Shown here piece after piece: positions 27,173 through 37,068 of a stretch of 64,000 nucleotides of DNA (its first letter is position 1; each line of letters starts with the position of its first letter). The translations under genes and the position numbers were made by a program. Below the pieces are notes generated by a model. It was not told where the DNA came from. It saw nothing but the letters and a program-made list of their open reading frames with translations, and did no database searches. Source of the DNA: Candidatus Parcubacteria bacterium (GTDB lineage Bacteria; Patescibacteriota; Patescibacteriia; Patescibacteriales; UBA12465); assembly GCA_037076615.1 (NCBI GenBank), contig AP029158.1, positions 397,337 to 461,336 on the forward strand. The letters run 5' to 3'.

Positions 27173-28006
27173 TTAAGCTAAAGTCAGTATTTCCGGACCG
27201 TCTTCCGTAATTACTAAAGTGTGTTCAAAGTGCGCCGACAAGGAACCATCCGCGGTCAAAATTGTATAATCGTTAGCTGCCACCTTAACGCGCCAATCAC
27301 CCTCATTGACCATCGGTTCAATACAAATCACCATCCCTGGTGCCAGGACAAGGTTTTCGCGAGAACGAGCGCCAATCGCATAGTTAAAGACGTTCGGCTC
27401 TTCGTGGGCAAAATAGCCAACCCCATGGCCAACTAAATCACGGACAACTCCATAACCAGCGGCTTCCGCGTATTTTTGAATGGCCGCACCAATATCGTTT
27501 AAGGTTTTGCCCGGCTGAGCTTCTTCAATGCCAATCTCTAAACAGCGCTGAGTGACTTTAAGTAAGCGATGGGCGTTCTGACTAATTTTACCAACTGGAA
27601 CGGTGCGGCAAGTATCGGAAAAATAACCACCCCGAGAAGAATATGGATTAGTCGGAAAACCGTGCTCGGCGCGCATATTAGCATCGACCGGCCACTCCAT
27701 CCCAATATCTAAATCAATAATATCACCAGACTTTAATATCCTTCCCGGTAAAGCCGGACCGTGAACCACTTCATCATTAATGGACGCACACAGAGCGGAC
27801 GGAAATTTAACGCCGTCACCCATATCATAATTTAAAAAAGCCGGCCAACCACCAACGGCTTTAATTTTTGTCACCAGGAGATCTTCTAAAACTCGAGTCG
27901 ATACCCCCGGTTTAACGGCCGCGCTTAAATCATTTAGAATTTGAGCCAAGAGTCGGCTCCCATATCTTATTGCCTCAATTTCGGCGGCGGTTTTAATATA
28001 TACCAT
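27173..28006 (-). CDS. map: Methionine aminopeptidase type I
   Basis: 277 aa pita-bread fold with the conserved metal ligands (D..D..H..E..E pattern). Confidence 0.9.
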   Translation of the reverse strand: MVYIKTAAEIEAIRYGSRLLAQILNDLSAAVKPGVSTRVLEDLLVTKIKAVGGWPAFLNYDMGDGVKFPSALCASINDEVVHGPALPGRILKSGDIIDLDIGMEWPVDANMRAEHGFPTNPYSSRGGYFSDTCRTVPVGKISQNAHRLLKVTQRCLEIGIEEAQPGKTLNDIGAAIQKYAEAAGYGVVRDLVGHGVGYFAHEEPNVFNYAIGARSRENLVLAPGMVICIEPMVNEGDWRVKVAANDYTILTADGSLSAHFEHTLVITEDGPEILTLA

Positions 28007-28013
28007 ACGGTAA

Positions 28014-28376
28014 TTATTTTTTAAATGAATAAATAACTTTTTTGATATCGTCTAAATCCTCGTATTCCAACCCTAACTCCTCGCGGCGATTATAAATCTT
28101 ATTATAGGCGCGGCGGAGGTCAACGGTTGAGGGGTAATTATGGCTAAGCCATTTCTCCCGATACTCCTTAATAATATCGTAAATCAATTCCCTTTCCTCC
28201 TCATCAAGGGTTTCCATCACTAAACGTCTAGAGTTTAAGGAGCGCCAATATTTTTCTAAGCGGTATTTGTCAACCTTTGGATCCTTGGCCTTTTCTAAAA
28301 AATTATGTAAATCCATGTTTTTACAATTTTTATAACTAACTCTTGTCAGTTTACCCCAATTGATTTTGAGGGTCAA
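28014..28376 (-). CDS. Hypothetical protein (120 aa, or 100 aa if translation starts at the internal Met at 28316) occupying the usual adk position
   Basis: ORF between secY and map. It has no P-loop and no adenylate-kinase motif. A terminator lies directly upstream. Confidence 0.4.
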   Translation of the reverse strand: MTLKINWGKLTRVSYKNCKNMDLHNFLEKAKDPKVDKYRLEKYWRSLNSRRLVMETLDEEERELIYDIIKEYREKWLSHNYPSTVDLRRAYNKIYNRREELGLEYEDLDDIKKVIYSFKK

Positions 28377-28380
28377 CCAA

Positions 28381-28411
28381 AAATTCCGCCAACTAGGGCG
28401 GAATTTTTTTA
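28381..28411. terminator. Intrinsic terminator immediately after secY (AAATTCCGCC-aactag-GGCGGAATTT followed by T7)
   Basis: 10-bp stem. A T-run follows the hairpin on both strands. Confidence 0.65.
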
Positions 28412-28432
28412 TAATCTATTTATTTTTTCTAT

Positions 28433-29704
28433 TTAAACACCATCGTATTCGCGCATCGTCAGCTGGGCTTCAAGTTGTTTAATGGTATCAATAACCACCG
28501 AGACCACGATTAGAATACTGGTGCCACCAATGACCATTGATTGAACGCCGGTCGCGGCTTGGACCACTAACGGCAGAACCGCAATGACGGCCAAGAATAA
28601 GGCACCAAAAAAAATGATCTTGTGGGAAGTGTTGCCGATATATTCCGCCGTCTGTTTCCCTGGACGAATTCCGGGGATAAAACCACCTTGCTTTTGGAGA
28701 TTTTCCGAGATGCGATCAGGATGAAAAACAACATCGGTATAGAAATAAGTAAAGGCGAAAACGAGCACAAAGTAAAGAATGCCGTAAACCCACTGATTAT
28801 TAAAGGTCATAATTATCCATTGGGAAAAATTGGCAATCCACTCGGTTTTAGCATACTGAAAATACTGAGCAATCATGGTCGGAAAGGTCGCCACCGCTAA
28901 AGCAAAGATAATCGGAATCACGCCGGCCATATTAACGCGGAGGGGTAAGTGAGAATTAGTACCGCCATAGGCCCGATTACCGCGAATTTGCCGAGCGTAT
29001 TGAATTGGAATATTGCGCTGCCCTTCGTTCACAATTACCACCCCAACAATGGTGATAATCGCCAAAAGCGCAAAAGCAATCATGATAAAGAGCTGAGTTT
29101 GGTCAAAAGTTAAAATCATTTGACTGATTCCCTGAGGTAAAGATGCCACAATGCCGGCAAAAATTAAGAGTGAAATACCGTTACCGATTTTCTTTTCACT
29201 GATAAGTTCTCCAATCCACATCAAGAAAATTGTTCCCGCCGTAATCGTGATGACAATCGCCATGATATCAAAGGTTGTCGATCCCGAAAGATCAATAGCG
29301 TTAGACTGGCGCAATAGGGCTAACATACCGAAAGCCTGAACAATAGCCAAAGGCACCGTTACCCAGCGAGTCCACATATTTATTTTCTGGCGACCAGCCT
29401 CCTCTTTTTGCATCTCTTCTAATTTAGGGACAATCATTCCTAATAACTGGAAAATAATGGAAGAGGTGATATAAGGACCGATACCCATCATTACGACCGA
29501 GAAGCGCTCCATCCCACCACCAGAAAAGATATTAACAAAGCCCAGTAAAGGGTTATTACTAAAAAAACTTCTTAAATTGCTGGCATCAATTCCGGGAATC
29601 GGAATATGAGCAAAGAGGCGAAAAACCGCCAACATGGCCAAAACAAAGAGGATGCTGTTACGCAATTCTTTGACTTTCCAGACTCGAGCAAGTTTTTCAA
29701 ACAT
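28433..29704 (-). CDS. secY: Preprotein translocase subunit SecY
   Basis: 423 aa with 10 TM segments, in the conserved position after rplO. Confidence 0.95.
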   Translation of the reverse strand: MFEKLARVWKVKELRNSILFVLAMLAVFRLFAHIPIPGIDASNLRSFFSNNPLLGFVNIFSGGGMERFSVVMMGIGPYITSSIIFQLLGMIVPKLEEMQKEEAGRQKINMWTRWVTVPLAIVQAFGMLALLRQSNAIDLSGSTTFDIMAIVITITAGTIFLMWIGELISEKKIGNGISLLIFAGIVASLPQGISQMILTFDQTQLFIMIAFALLAIITIVGVVIVNEGQRNIPIQYARQIRGNRAYGGTNSHLPLRVNMAGVIPIIFALAVATFPTMIAQYFQYAKTEWIANFSQWIIMTFNNQWVYGILYFVLVFAFTYFYTDVVFHPDRISENLQKQGGFIPGIRPGKQTAEYIGNTSHKIIFFGALFLAVIAVLPLVVQAATGVQSMVIGGTSILIVVSVVIDTIKQLEAQLTMREYDGV

Positions 29705-29722
29705 ATTTTTAGAACTAAAAGA

Positions 29723-30142
29723 TTATTTAACTTGATCGGCTACGGCCGTGCTGAGCTTGACACCGTCAAAAGTTACCTTCACGGTTAGCTTTTCTTTGCC
29801 TAAGATTTTTGCCGGGGCCTTAGCATTACTTATCAAACCACGCTCTTTAAGAGTAGTTAAAGAAACGACTTCGCCGTCTTTGTAAGCCGCATTAATCGCC
29901 TTAACGGAGACCGCTTGATTTTTCAATTTGCCGGATTTAAAACCTCTCACTTTAGGAGTTTGTAGTAGTTGCATACGCATCCCTAAGCGCTTCAGGTTAG
30001 AAACACCGGATCGTGATTTTTGCCCCTTTAAACCGCGGGTGCTGTAAGTACCATGCCCGGAAGCATTACCCCGACCGACGCGTTTGCGGCGACGTTGGTG
30101 TCCTGGCTTTTGGATTTCGTTAAGTGACAGCATATAAAACAA
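29723..30142 (-). CDS. rplO: 50S ribosomal protein L15
   Basis: Gly/Arg-rich N-terminus (GHGTYSTRGLKGQKSRSG) in the conserved position. Confidence 0.9.
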   Translation of the reverse strand: MFYMLSLNEIQKPGHQRRRKRVGRGNASGHGTYSTRGLKGQKSRSGVSNLKRLGMRMQLLQTPKVRGFKSGKLKNQAVSVKAINAAYKDGEVVSLTTLKERGLISNAKAPAKILGKEKLTVKVTFDGVKLSTAVADQVK

Positions 30143-30161
30143 TATAAATGATAATTAAAAA

Positions 30162-30815
30162 CTATTTACTAGCGGGCGCTACGACCGGAGCTTGCTCTTC
30201 CGTCACTGCTACTTTTTTAGCTTTCGGATTAGAGATATTCTTGAGCGACTTTAAAGCCTCAATCGTGCAGCGAGCATTATTAACCTTGTTGTTGGTACCT
30301 AATTGTTTGCTGGTAACGTTCTTAATGCCAGCTAATTCCAAAATCATACGAGCGACACCACCAGCAATAATACCTTTACCAGTTCCCGCAGGCTTTAGAA
30401 TAATCTTGGCTGCACCAGTCTTTTGTGAAACCTCATGCGGAATAGTTTCATTAACAATATTTACGGTGATTAAATTCTTCTTCGCTTTATTAACCGCTTT
30501 GTTAACGGCAATGGTCACGTCAGCGCCTTTGCCTAAACCAATACCAATTTTTCCTTTGCGGTCGCCAATAACGACGCAAGCACGGAAGTTCATTCTTTTA
30601 CCACCGGCCATCACACGAGTAACCCGGGCCAAATCTAAAATGCGTTGCTCAAACTCATCACGAGGAGCCTCTTTTTGGCGACGATCAGAACGGCCGCGGC
30701 CGCGACCACGATATTCACGCTTCGGCTTGTCACCGTAAACACTATCGGCTACTGCTTGAGAAGCAGCGGAAGATTGTTTTTCTTTCTTTTCAGAAACTTT
30801 TTTTTCATCAGACAT
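30162..30815 (-). CDS. rpsE: 30S ribosomal protein S5 with a basic N-terminal extension
   Basis: Conserved core (RVTRVMAGGKRMNFRACVVIGDRKGKIGIGLGKG). Only 19 nt separate it from rplO, so no rpmD is present. Confidence 0.95.
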   Translation of the reverse strand: MSDEKKVSEKKEKQSSAASQAVADSVYGDKPKREYRGRGRGRSDRRQKEAPRDEFEQRILDLARVTRVMAGGKRMNFRACVVIGDRKGKIGIGLGKGADVTIAVNKAVNKAKKNLITVNIVNETIPHEVSQKTGAAKIILKPAGTGKGIIAGGVARMILELAGIKNVTSKQLGTNNKVNNARCTIEALKSLKNISNPKAKKVAVTEEQAPVVAPASK

Positions 30816-30836
30816 ATTTAGTACTTTAGGCTAGTT

Positions 30837-31193
30837 TTAAAATTGTAAACCGCCCTCACGAGCCCCTTCGGCTACCGCTTTTACTCGGCCGTGATATTTA
30901 TAAAAACCGCGATCAAAGACAACGCTGGTAATTTTTTTAGCTTGAGCTTTTTCCGCTAACAATTTACCTAAAGACTTGGCTTGATCAACATTTTTCCCTG
31001 CCCCTTTAAGCTCTTTACTGTGTGCTCCGACTAAAGTTTGACCAGTAGTGTCATCGATTAACTGAAGATACATCCCGCGATTGGAACGAAAAACTGACAG
31101 ACGCGGACGAGCGGCGGTGCCACCGATTTTAGCGCGAACCCGGCCGTGACGACGAGCTTTGCGTTCATTGTTTAATTTAACGTTTTTTTCCAT
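30837..31193 (-). CDS. rplR: 50S ribosomal protein L18
   Basis: 118 aa with the conserved [18 protein letters not shown] segment. Confidence 0.9.
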   Translation of the reverse strand: MEKNVKLNNERKARRHGRVRAKIGGTAARPRLSVFRSNRGMYLQLIDDTTGQTLVGAHSKELKGAGKNVDQAKSLGKLLAEKAQAKKITSVVFDRGFYKYHGRVKAVAEGAREGGLQF

Positions 31194-31214
31194 ATAAGTA
31201 TATTAAGCGCTAAT

Positions 31215-31763
31215 TTATTTTTTAGCAGCCGCCGTCTTACCAGCTTTGCGACGAATAACTTCATTCGCATATTTAACCCCTTTACCTTTATAAGGCTCAG
31301 GCTTGCGGAAACGACGAATTTTAGCAGCGGTTTCACCCACTAACTCCTTATCAAATCCAGAAATAGCGATGGTGTTGCCCTCAACAGTCGCGCTGATCCC
31401 CGCCGGTAATTGATATTCAACCGGGTGAGAAAAACCGAGCATTAAGGTCAACTTTGATCCGGAAACGGAAGCGCGATAACCAACACCATTGATTTCTAAT
31501 TTTTTAGTAAAGCCTTCAGAAAGCCCGACAACCATATTAGAAAATAAAGAGCGGTAAAGGCCCCAGAGAGCTTGAGCGGCGCGTGAACACCCTTCGGCTT
31601 TACTTACCAAAATCTGATTATCGGCAATTGTGGCCGCAATCTCTTGGTTATTAAAATCGCGCTTTAATTCACCTTTCGGTCCTTTAACCGTGAGGGTGGC
31701 CCCTGATAAAGTGGCCGTCACTCCGCTTGGTAAAATAATCGGTGCTTTTCCTATTCGTGACAT
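31215..31763 (-). CDS. rplF: 50S ribosomal protein L6
   Basis: MSRIGKAPIILPSGV N-terminus and the two-domain L6 fold. Confidence 0.95.
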   Translation of the reverse strand: MSRIGKAPIILPSGVTATLSGATLTVKGPKGELKRDFNNQEIAATIADNQILVSKAEGCSRAAQALWGLYRSLFSNMVVGLSEGFTKKLEINGVGYRASVSGSKLTLMLGFSHPVEYQLPAGISATVEGNTIAISGFDKELVGETAAKIRRFRKPEPYKGKGVKYANEVIRRKAGKTAAAKK

Positions 31764-31785
31764 ATAAATTTAATTCAAAAAAATA

Positions 31786-32196
31786 TTAGTAAATTTGGCC
31801 GATGAGTTCACCGCCGATTTTTTTAGCTTTGGCTTCTGCTCCAGTCATTAATCCTTGAGGAGTGGAAATAAAAACCATTCCCAAGCCATTTAAGACAACG
31901 GGGATACTATTTTTATCAACATAAACACGACGCCCAGGGGTGCTGAGGCGTTCAATCAAGTTAATATGAGAACGGCCGTTTCTTTGATATTTTAAAGTGA
32001 GCTTGAGTTCATCAAAACTGTTGTGGCGAGTAGCGAGGCCACCAGGAACCACTTCTGCTTTAATTATCCAGCCTTCGCGTTGCATAATCTTCGCCAGCTC
32101 AAGTTTGAGTTTGCTCATGGGCATTGACACTTCTGCCTTCTTCACCGCCGAAGCGTTGCGAATGCGAGTGAACATGTCTGCGATTGGATCTGTCAT
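31786..32196 (-). CDS. rpsH: 30S ribosomal protein S8
   Basis: MTDPIADMFTRIRNA N-terminus. Confidence 0.95.
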   Translation of the reverse strand: MTDPIADMFTRIRNASAVKKAEVSMPMSKLKLELAKIMQREGWIIKAEVVPGGLATRHNSFDELKLTLKYQRNGRSHINLIERLSTPGRRVYVDKNSIPVVLNGLGMVFISTPQGLMTGAEAKAKKIGGELIGQIY

Positions 32197-32229
32197 AGAG
32201 TTATAATCTTTATTACTTTCAAAATGGGC

Positions 32230-32415
32230 TTACCAGCTGGATTTTTTAACGCCCGGTAAATCGCCGTTATCGGCCAATTCTTTAAAACAAATGCGGCAGA
32301 GGCCAAAGTCACGGAGGTAGCCGTGATTACGACCACAACGCCAGCAGCGATTTATTTTTCGAGTGCTGAATTTGGGCTTGCGCTTTGCTTTTACGATTAA
32401 TGCTGTTCTAGCCAT
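32230..32415 (-). CDS. rpsZ: 30S ribosomal protein S14 type Z (zinc-binding)
   Basis: 61 aa with [20 protein letters not shown] (Cys4). Confidence 0.9.
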   Translation of the reverse strand: MARTALIVKAKRKPKFSTRKINRCWRCGRNHGYLRDFGLCRICFKELADNGDLPGVKKSSW

Positions 32416-32430
32416 ATTGCTTATGTATAC

Positions 32431-32967
32431 TTATTTTTTGAAAGGAAAACCTAAGAGGCGGAATAACTCCAAACCCTCTTCACGATTTTTCGCGGTCGTC
32501 GCGACCGACACTTCTAAACCAAAAACTTTTTCGACATCCTCTAAACGGACTTCAGGAAAAGCAGAATAGTCTTTAAAGCCGATGGTTAAATTACCGGTGC
32601 GGTCAACCGCCTTATCGGAAATGCCTCGGAAGTCGCGAACGCGAGGAAAAGTGATATTAATTAATTTTTCTAAAAAGTCATACATTCTCTGACCGCGCAC
32701 AGAAACAGCGCCGCCAACAATCATCCCTTCACGAACCTTAAAGGCGGAGATGGATTTTTTAGCCTTAGTTAAAATTGGCTTCTGGCCAGTAATTTTTTCT
32801 AAGATTTTGGCAACCTCGTCGGCATAATCTTTTTCCTTAGTAAAGCGACCAAAGCCCACATTGATTACCACTTTGGTTAATCGAGGCACCTGATGATCGT
32901 TGGTGTAAGAAAATTTTTCTTCCAACTGAGGCACTATTTCTTTTTTATATTTCTCTTTTAATCTCAT
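32431..32967 (-). CDS. rplE: 50S ribosomal protein L5
   Basis: 178 aa with the conserved L5 core and position. Confidence 0.95.
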   Translation of the reverse strand: MRLKEKYKKEIVPQLEEKFSYTNDHQVPRLTKVVINVGFGRFTKEKDYADEVAKILEKITGQKPILTKAKKSISAFKVREGMIVGGAVSVRGQRMYDFLEKLINITFPRVRDFRGISDKAVDRTGNLTIGFKDYSAFPEVRLEDVEKVFGLEVSVATTAKNREEGLELFRLLGFPFKK

Positions 32968-32987
32968 ATAGTTTACTAAAGAAAGGA

Positions 32988-33308
32988 TTAATCAATCACT
33001 TCATGACACTTCCGGCAAGCTCGATATTTTTTAGAGCGTCCGTCAGTGACCACAATTTTATGAGCCACGCGCGTCGGTTTTTCACACTTCGGGCAGACCA
33101 ACATCACATTGGCGGCTGGCAAAAAAGCGGGAAATTCTAAACGTTGCCCCTTTTCACCTTCACGACGGGGGCGTAAATGCTTAATCAATAAATTCAAGCC
33201 CTCAACGCTAATCCGTTGATCTTTAGGAGAGACTTGCAAAACCTTACCGATTTTACCCTTATCTTTTCCGGTGATAATTTTTACTTTGTCGTTTTTCTTA
33301 ATATTCAT
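32988..33308 (-). CDS. rplX: 50S ribosomal protein L24 with a C-terminal CxxC...CxxC zinc-ribbon tail
   Basis: The KOW motif KVKIITGKDKGKIGKV is present. The C-terminal VCPKCEKPTRVAHKIVVTDGRSKKYRACRKCHE carries four Cys. Confidence 0.9.
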   Translation of the reverse strand: MNIKKNDKVKIITGKDKGKIGKVLQVSPKDQRISVEGLNLLIKHLRPRREGEKGQRLEFPAFLPAANVMLVCPKCEKPTRVAHKIVVTDGRSKKYRACRKCHEVID

Positions 33309-33312
33309 ATAA

Positions 33313-33687
33313 TTAGAGTACTTCCGGTGCTAAGGAGGCGATTTTGGAATAACCGGCGCGACGAACTTCACGAGCGACCGGACCAAAAATACGAGTACCC
33401 TTAGGATCCTTTTTGTCTTTATCAGTAATTATTACGCAGGCATTCTCATCAAACCGCAAATAAGAACCATCGGCGCGGCGAATTTCTTTTTTGGTGCGCA
33501 CGACGACCGCTTTAACAATGTCACCTTTTTTAATTGGTGCATGAGGGGCGGCGGACTTAACTGAGGCAACAATAATCTCGCCGATACGAGCGTAACGTTT
33601 TTTATAACCTCCAGGAACCTTGATGCACATCACCTCTTTGGCTCCAGAGTTATCGGCAACTTTTAATCTGCTTTGAACTTGAATCAT
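33313..33687 (-). CDS. rplN: 50S ribosomal protein L14
   Basis: [18 protein letters not shown]-terminus. Confidence 0.95.
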   Translation of the reverse strand: MIQVQSRLKVADNSGAKEVMCIKVPGGYKKRYARIGEIIVASVKSAAPHAPIKKGDIVKAVVVRTKKEIRRADGSYLRFDENACVIITDKDKKDPKGTRIFGPVAREVRRAGYSKIASLAPEVL

Positions 33688-33717
33688 ACATTTACTTTAA
33701 AATAAAACCTCTCCGGC

Positions 33718-33990
33718 TTAAGCCACAAGGCGCCAGCGCTTGTCTTTAGACAAAGGGCGGCATTCAATAAATTTAACCTGACCCCCCTCTTTCGCTTCAT
33801 TTTTCTCATCGTGAACTTTATAGTTACGACTCACATGATAGCGCTTTTTGTATTTAGGGTGGACTTTGACTGTCTCGACTTTGACTACGACTGTCTTATC
33901 GCTTTTAGCGGAAACCACCACCCCCGAAAAGACCTTAACGATCTTTTTGGAAACTGATTGCTCCGGATTGTTTTTTTGCTGCTGAGCCAT
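33718..33990 (-). CDS. rpsQ: 30S ribosomal protein S17
   Basis: OB-fold core with the KYKKRYHVSRNYKVHDE segment. Confidence 0.9.
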   Translation of the reverse strand: MAQQQKNNPEQSVSKKIVKVFSGVVVSAKSDKTVVVKVETVKVHPKYKKRYHVSRNYKVHDEKNEAKEGGQVKFIECRPLSKDKRWRLVA

Positions 33991-34000
33991 AGTGGTAAAA

Positions 34001-34204
34001 TTAAGCTTTCTTAACTTCCTGATTTTTCTTTTTTAAGGAAGTATTTAACCGCGCAATCAGTAAACGTTCCTCCCGAATAGCGCGCACGTTCTTTAATTGG
34101 TGATTAGAATCTTTAAATCTCAACTCGCGTAACTTTTCGCGGGCCGCCTTTAATTCTCGTTCTAATTCGGTTACAGTTTTATTATCAATTTCTTTAAAAT
34201 CCAT
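34001..34204 (-). CDS. rpmC: 50S ribosomal protein L29
   Basis: 67-aa helical protein in the conserved position between rplP and rpsQ. Confidence 0.85.
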   Translation of the reverse strand: MDFKEIDNKTVTELERELKAAREKLRELRFKDSNHQLKNVRAIREERLLIARLNTSLKKKNQEVKKA

Positions 34205-34209
34205 ATATT

Positions 34210-34623
34210 TTATTGGTTATCACGCGTCACAAAAACGGTCTTGACTGGCAACTTGTGGCCGGCCGCAAGCATCGCTTTCTTGGCCACCTCCTCATCGACT
34301 CCGTCCATTTCAAACATCACGGTTCCTAACTTAACAACGGCGACATAATAATCAAGCGATCCTTTACCCTTACCCATCGGCAACTCACCGCCATGGCTGG
34401 TAACTGGTTTGTCGGGGAAGATGCGAATCCAAATCTTGCCGCCTTTTTTGGTGTATTTAGTCATCACCCGGCGCGCTGCCTCAATTTGACGAGCAGTCAC
34501 CCAGCAAGAAGTAGTTGCTTTTAAACCATAAGCACCAAAGTCAACTTTATTCATCCGCGTGGCAATTCCACCACGGCGGCGCTTATGCTCTTTTCGATAT
34601 TTGGTTTTTTTCGGCATTAACAT
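34210..34623 (-). CDS. rplP: 50S ribosomal protein L16
   Basis: [20 protein letters not shown]-terminus. Confidence 0.95.
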   Translation of the reverse strand: MLMPKKTKYRKEHKRRRGGIATRMNKVDFGAYGLKATTSCWVTARQIEAARRVMTKYTKKGGKIWIRIFPDKPVTSHGGELPMGKGKGSLDYYVAVVKLGTVMFEMDGVDEEVAKKAMLAAGHKLPVKTVFVTRDNQ

Positions 34624-34650
34624 ATAGAGAAATGAGAAAAATTAAGGACT

Positions 34651-35328
34651 CTAGCGAGACTCAAGAAAAGCTTCTTCACTATTTTTATCAAAGACTTCAC
34701 CTTTATAAATCCAGACTTTGATTCCGATTTGACCGTAGGTGGTGCTCGCCGCTCCTCGGGCATAATCAATGTCGGCACGTAAGGTGTTTAAAGGGACTTT
34801 ACCCCAAACTAACTTTTCCGTGCGCGCAATTTCCGCGCCATTTAAACGACCAGAGATGACAATCTTAGCTCCTAAAGCGCCAGCACGCTCAATGCGAGAC
34901 AGAGTTTGCTTCATCACGCGTCTAAAAGCCATGCGCTTTTCTAGATCTAGAATCACCGATTGAACAGCAATTTGCGCAGACACTCCCGGACGAGCGACTT
35001 CTTTAATATTTAAAACAATATCATTGGGACGGAAGTTTTTCAAAAAGCGACGGTGAATAGTTTTTTTCAGTTCTTCAACGCCATTACCACCCCGGCCAAT
35101 AATTAGACCTGGTTTTCCGGTCCAAACATCAACGCGGATATTGCTCAAATTACGAGTAATCTCTACCTTTTCAATGCCGGCTTCTTTGAAATTTTTGATA
35201 ATATAACGTCGTACCTGAATATCTTGCGCTACGTTCTTGATATAGCTGTCGCCACTCTCAAACCAAATCGAGTCCCAGCTCTTGGTTATTCCGATGCGCA
35301 TGATCTTTGGATTTACTTTTTTGCCCAT
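34651..35328 (-). CDS. rpsC: 30S ribosomal protein S3
   Basis: 225 aa with KH and C-terminal domains, in the conserved position. Confidence 0.95.
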   Translation of the reverse strand: MGKKVNPKIMRIGITKSWDSIWFESGDSYIKNVAQDIQVRRYIIKNFKEAGIEKVEITRNLSNIRVDVWTGKPGLIIGRGGNGVEELKKTIHRRFLKNFRPNDIVLNIKEVARPGVSAQIAVQSVILDLEKRMAFRRVMKQTLSRIERAGALGAKIVISGRLNGAEIARTEKLVWGKVPLNTLRADIDYARGAASTTYGQIGIKVWIYKGEVFDKNSEEAFLESR

Positions 35329-35352
35329 AAGATGACTTTATTACTTTAAAAA

Positions 35353-35886
35353 CTATTTACCGACTTTGCGGCGGAAAGTGGTTTTAGCAAAACCCTTTTC
35401 CGAACCCACAACTTTCTCAACTTTTTTATCGCCCCTGGTAGCGGCCTTTTTAGTCTCTTCTTTCTTAGTTGACTTCTCGGCCTCTTTGGCTAAATCGGCC
35501 AGCTTGACTGGCGATTCCGCCGCAACGGTCTTTTTCGTCTTTTTTCCAGAATCAACTAATTCTCCCAAAACTAAAGATAATCTGGTGGAGCGCTTTCTAA
35601 TGACTGTGGCGCGACCATGAGCTTTCGGCATCCAGCGCTTTAAGGTAAAACCATCATCAGCGCGTACCTCTTTAATAAAAAGATTGTCTCTTTTTAAATC
35701 GTAGGTGTTTTCACCATTAGCCACCGCCGACTCAATTAATTTAGCTAAGGGCTGCGCCGCGCGCTTATTAGCAAACTTTAATTGCGCCAAAGCTTTATCA
35801 ACGGGCAGACCACGAACTAAATCAGCTAGTAAGCGGACCTTGCGCGGGGACATTCGTAAATTATTTAAATTAGCTTTCACTTCCAT
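35353..35886 (-). CDS. rplV: 50S ribosomal protein L22 with a Lys/Glu-rich C-terminal extension
   Basis: Conserved core SPRKVRLLADLVRGLPVDKALAQLKF. The tail of ~60 aa is low-complexity. Confidence 0.95.
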   Translation of the reverse strand: MEVKANLNNLRMSPRKVRLLADLVRGLPVDKALAQLKFANKRAAQPLAKLIESAVANGENTYDLKRDNLFIKEVRADDGFTLKRWMPKAHGRATVIRKRSTRLSLVLGELVDSGKKTKKTVAAESPVKLADLAKEAEKSTKKEETKKAATRGDKKVEKVVGSEKGFAKTTFRRKVGK

Positions 35887-35906
35887 ATTTTTAAACTTAT
35901 CAAGGA

Positions 35907-36194
35907 TTATTTCTTAGCCGCTGCTTGCGCTTTAGCCGCCTTACCACCATGAGAAATGAACTTACGTGTAGGCGCAAATTCCCCTAGGGCGTGGCCGACC
36001 ATATTCTCCACAACATAAACGGGAAAATGAGTCTTGCCATTATGGACACCAATTGTCAGACCAACCATTTCTGGAGTAATAACACAAGCGCGATCCCAAA
36101 CTTTAATCACTGTTTTATCGCCAGGACGTAAAGCTTGAACTTTTTTCAAAATTCGCGGATTAACGTAAGGACCTTTTTTTAAACTTCTAGACAT
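35907..36194 (-). CDS. rpsS: 30S ribosomal protein S19
   Basis: [12 protein letters not shown]-terminus. The ATG at 36194 matches the family start, whereas the track ORF begins at a TTG at 36203. Confidence 0.95.
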   Translation of the reverse strand: MSRSLKKGPYVNPRILKKVQALRPGDKTVIKVWDRACVITPEMVGLTIGVHNGKTHFPVYVVENMVGHALGEFAPTRKFISHGGKAAKAQAAAKK

Positions 36195-36206
36195 ATTATT
36201 CAATGA

Positions 36207-37043
36207 TTATTTCCGTTTAGCGCGTCGCTTGACAATCAGGCGATCGCTGGCTTGACGACGACGGGTTTTAATTCCCAAAGCCGGCTTACCCCATTTAGTT
36301 TTCGGGTTCTTTAGGCCGATCGGCTGGTTACCTTCACCACCACCATGAGGATGATCGTTGGGATTCATCGCCGAACCGCGAACAGTTGGACGAATACCTA
36401 AATAACGAGAACGACCCGCTTTGCCTAAAACCAAATGACGTTTATCAGGATTGCTTACCCGGCCAACGGTACACAAACAATTTTTCTTGATTAAGCGAAT
36501 TTCTCCGGAAGGCAATTTTACTTGAGCGTACTTTCCTTCCACGCCCATCACGAAAGCGGCATTACCCGCGCCCCGAACGATCTTAGCACCTAAGCCAGCA
36601 ATCAACTCCAAATTATGAATAGCCATCCCCGCCGGAATGTACTCTAAAGGCATGGCGTTTCCAGTTTTTATCTCAATCAATTTTTGGGAACTCATAACGG
36701 TATCACCCACCTGAAAATCTAAAGGAGCAATAATATAGCGCTTTTCACCATCAGCATAATTTAAGAGCGCTAATCTGGCCCCACGACCCGGATCATATTC
36801 AATCGCGGCCACTTTGGCTGGAATATCAAACTTATTACGCTTAAAATCAACTAAACGAATATAACGTTTAGCGCCGCCGCCGCGATGACGTACGGTAATT
36901 TTACCTTTATTATTGCGACCGCCTTGGCGTTTTTTAATAACAATCAAAGCTTTTTCCGGATTCTTCTTGGTGATATCTTTAAAATCATCAAAAGAGGCTT
37001 GACGTCGTCCGGGAGTTGTTGGTTTTACTTTTTTAATACCCAT
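36207..37043 (-). CDS. rplB: 50S ribosomal protein L2
   Basis: 278 aa with the conserved [16 protein letters not shown] and HPHGGGEG motifs. Confidence 0.95.
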   Translation of the reverse strand: MGIKKVKPTTPGRRQASFDDFKDITKKNPEKALIVIKKRQGGRNNKGKITVRHRGGGAKRYIRLVDFKRNKFDIPAKVAAIEYDPGRGARLALLNYADGEKRYIIAPLDFQVGDTVMSSQKLIEIKTGNAMPLEYIPAGMAIHNLELIAGLGAKIVRGAGNAAFVMGVEGKYAQVKLPSGEIRLIKKNCLCTVGRVSNPDKRHLVLGKAGRSRYLGIRPTVRGSAMNPNDHPHGGGEGNQPIGLKNPKTKWGKPALGIKTRRRQASDRLIVKRRAKRK

Positions 37044-37068
37044 ATAATCTAAACAAAATATCTAAAAA

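Noticed and set aside
30148-30738. 196-aa plus-strand ORF antisense to rpsE
   Set aside because: It is completely contained in the conserved S5 gene on the other strand, with no start context and hydrophobic low-complexity translation.
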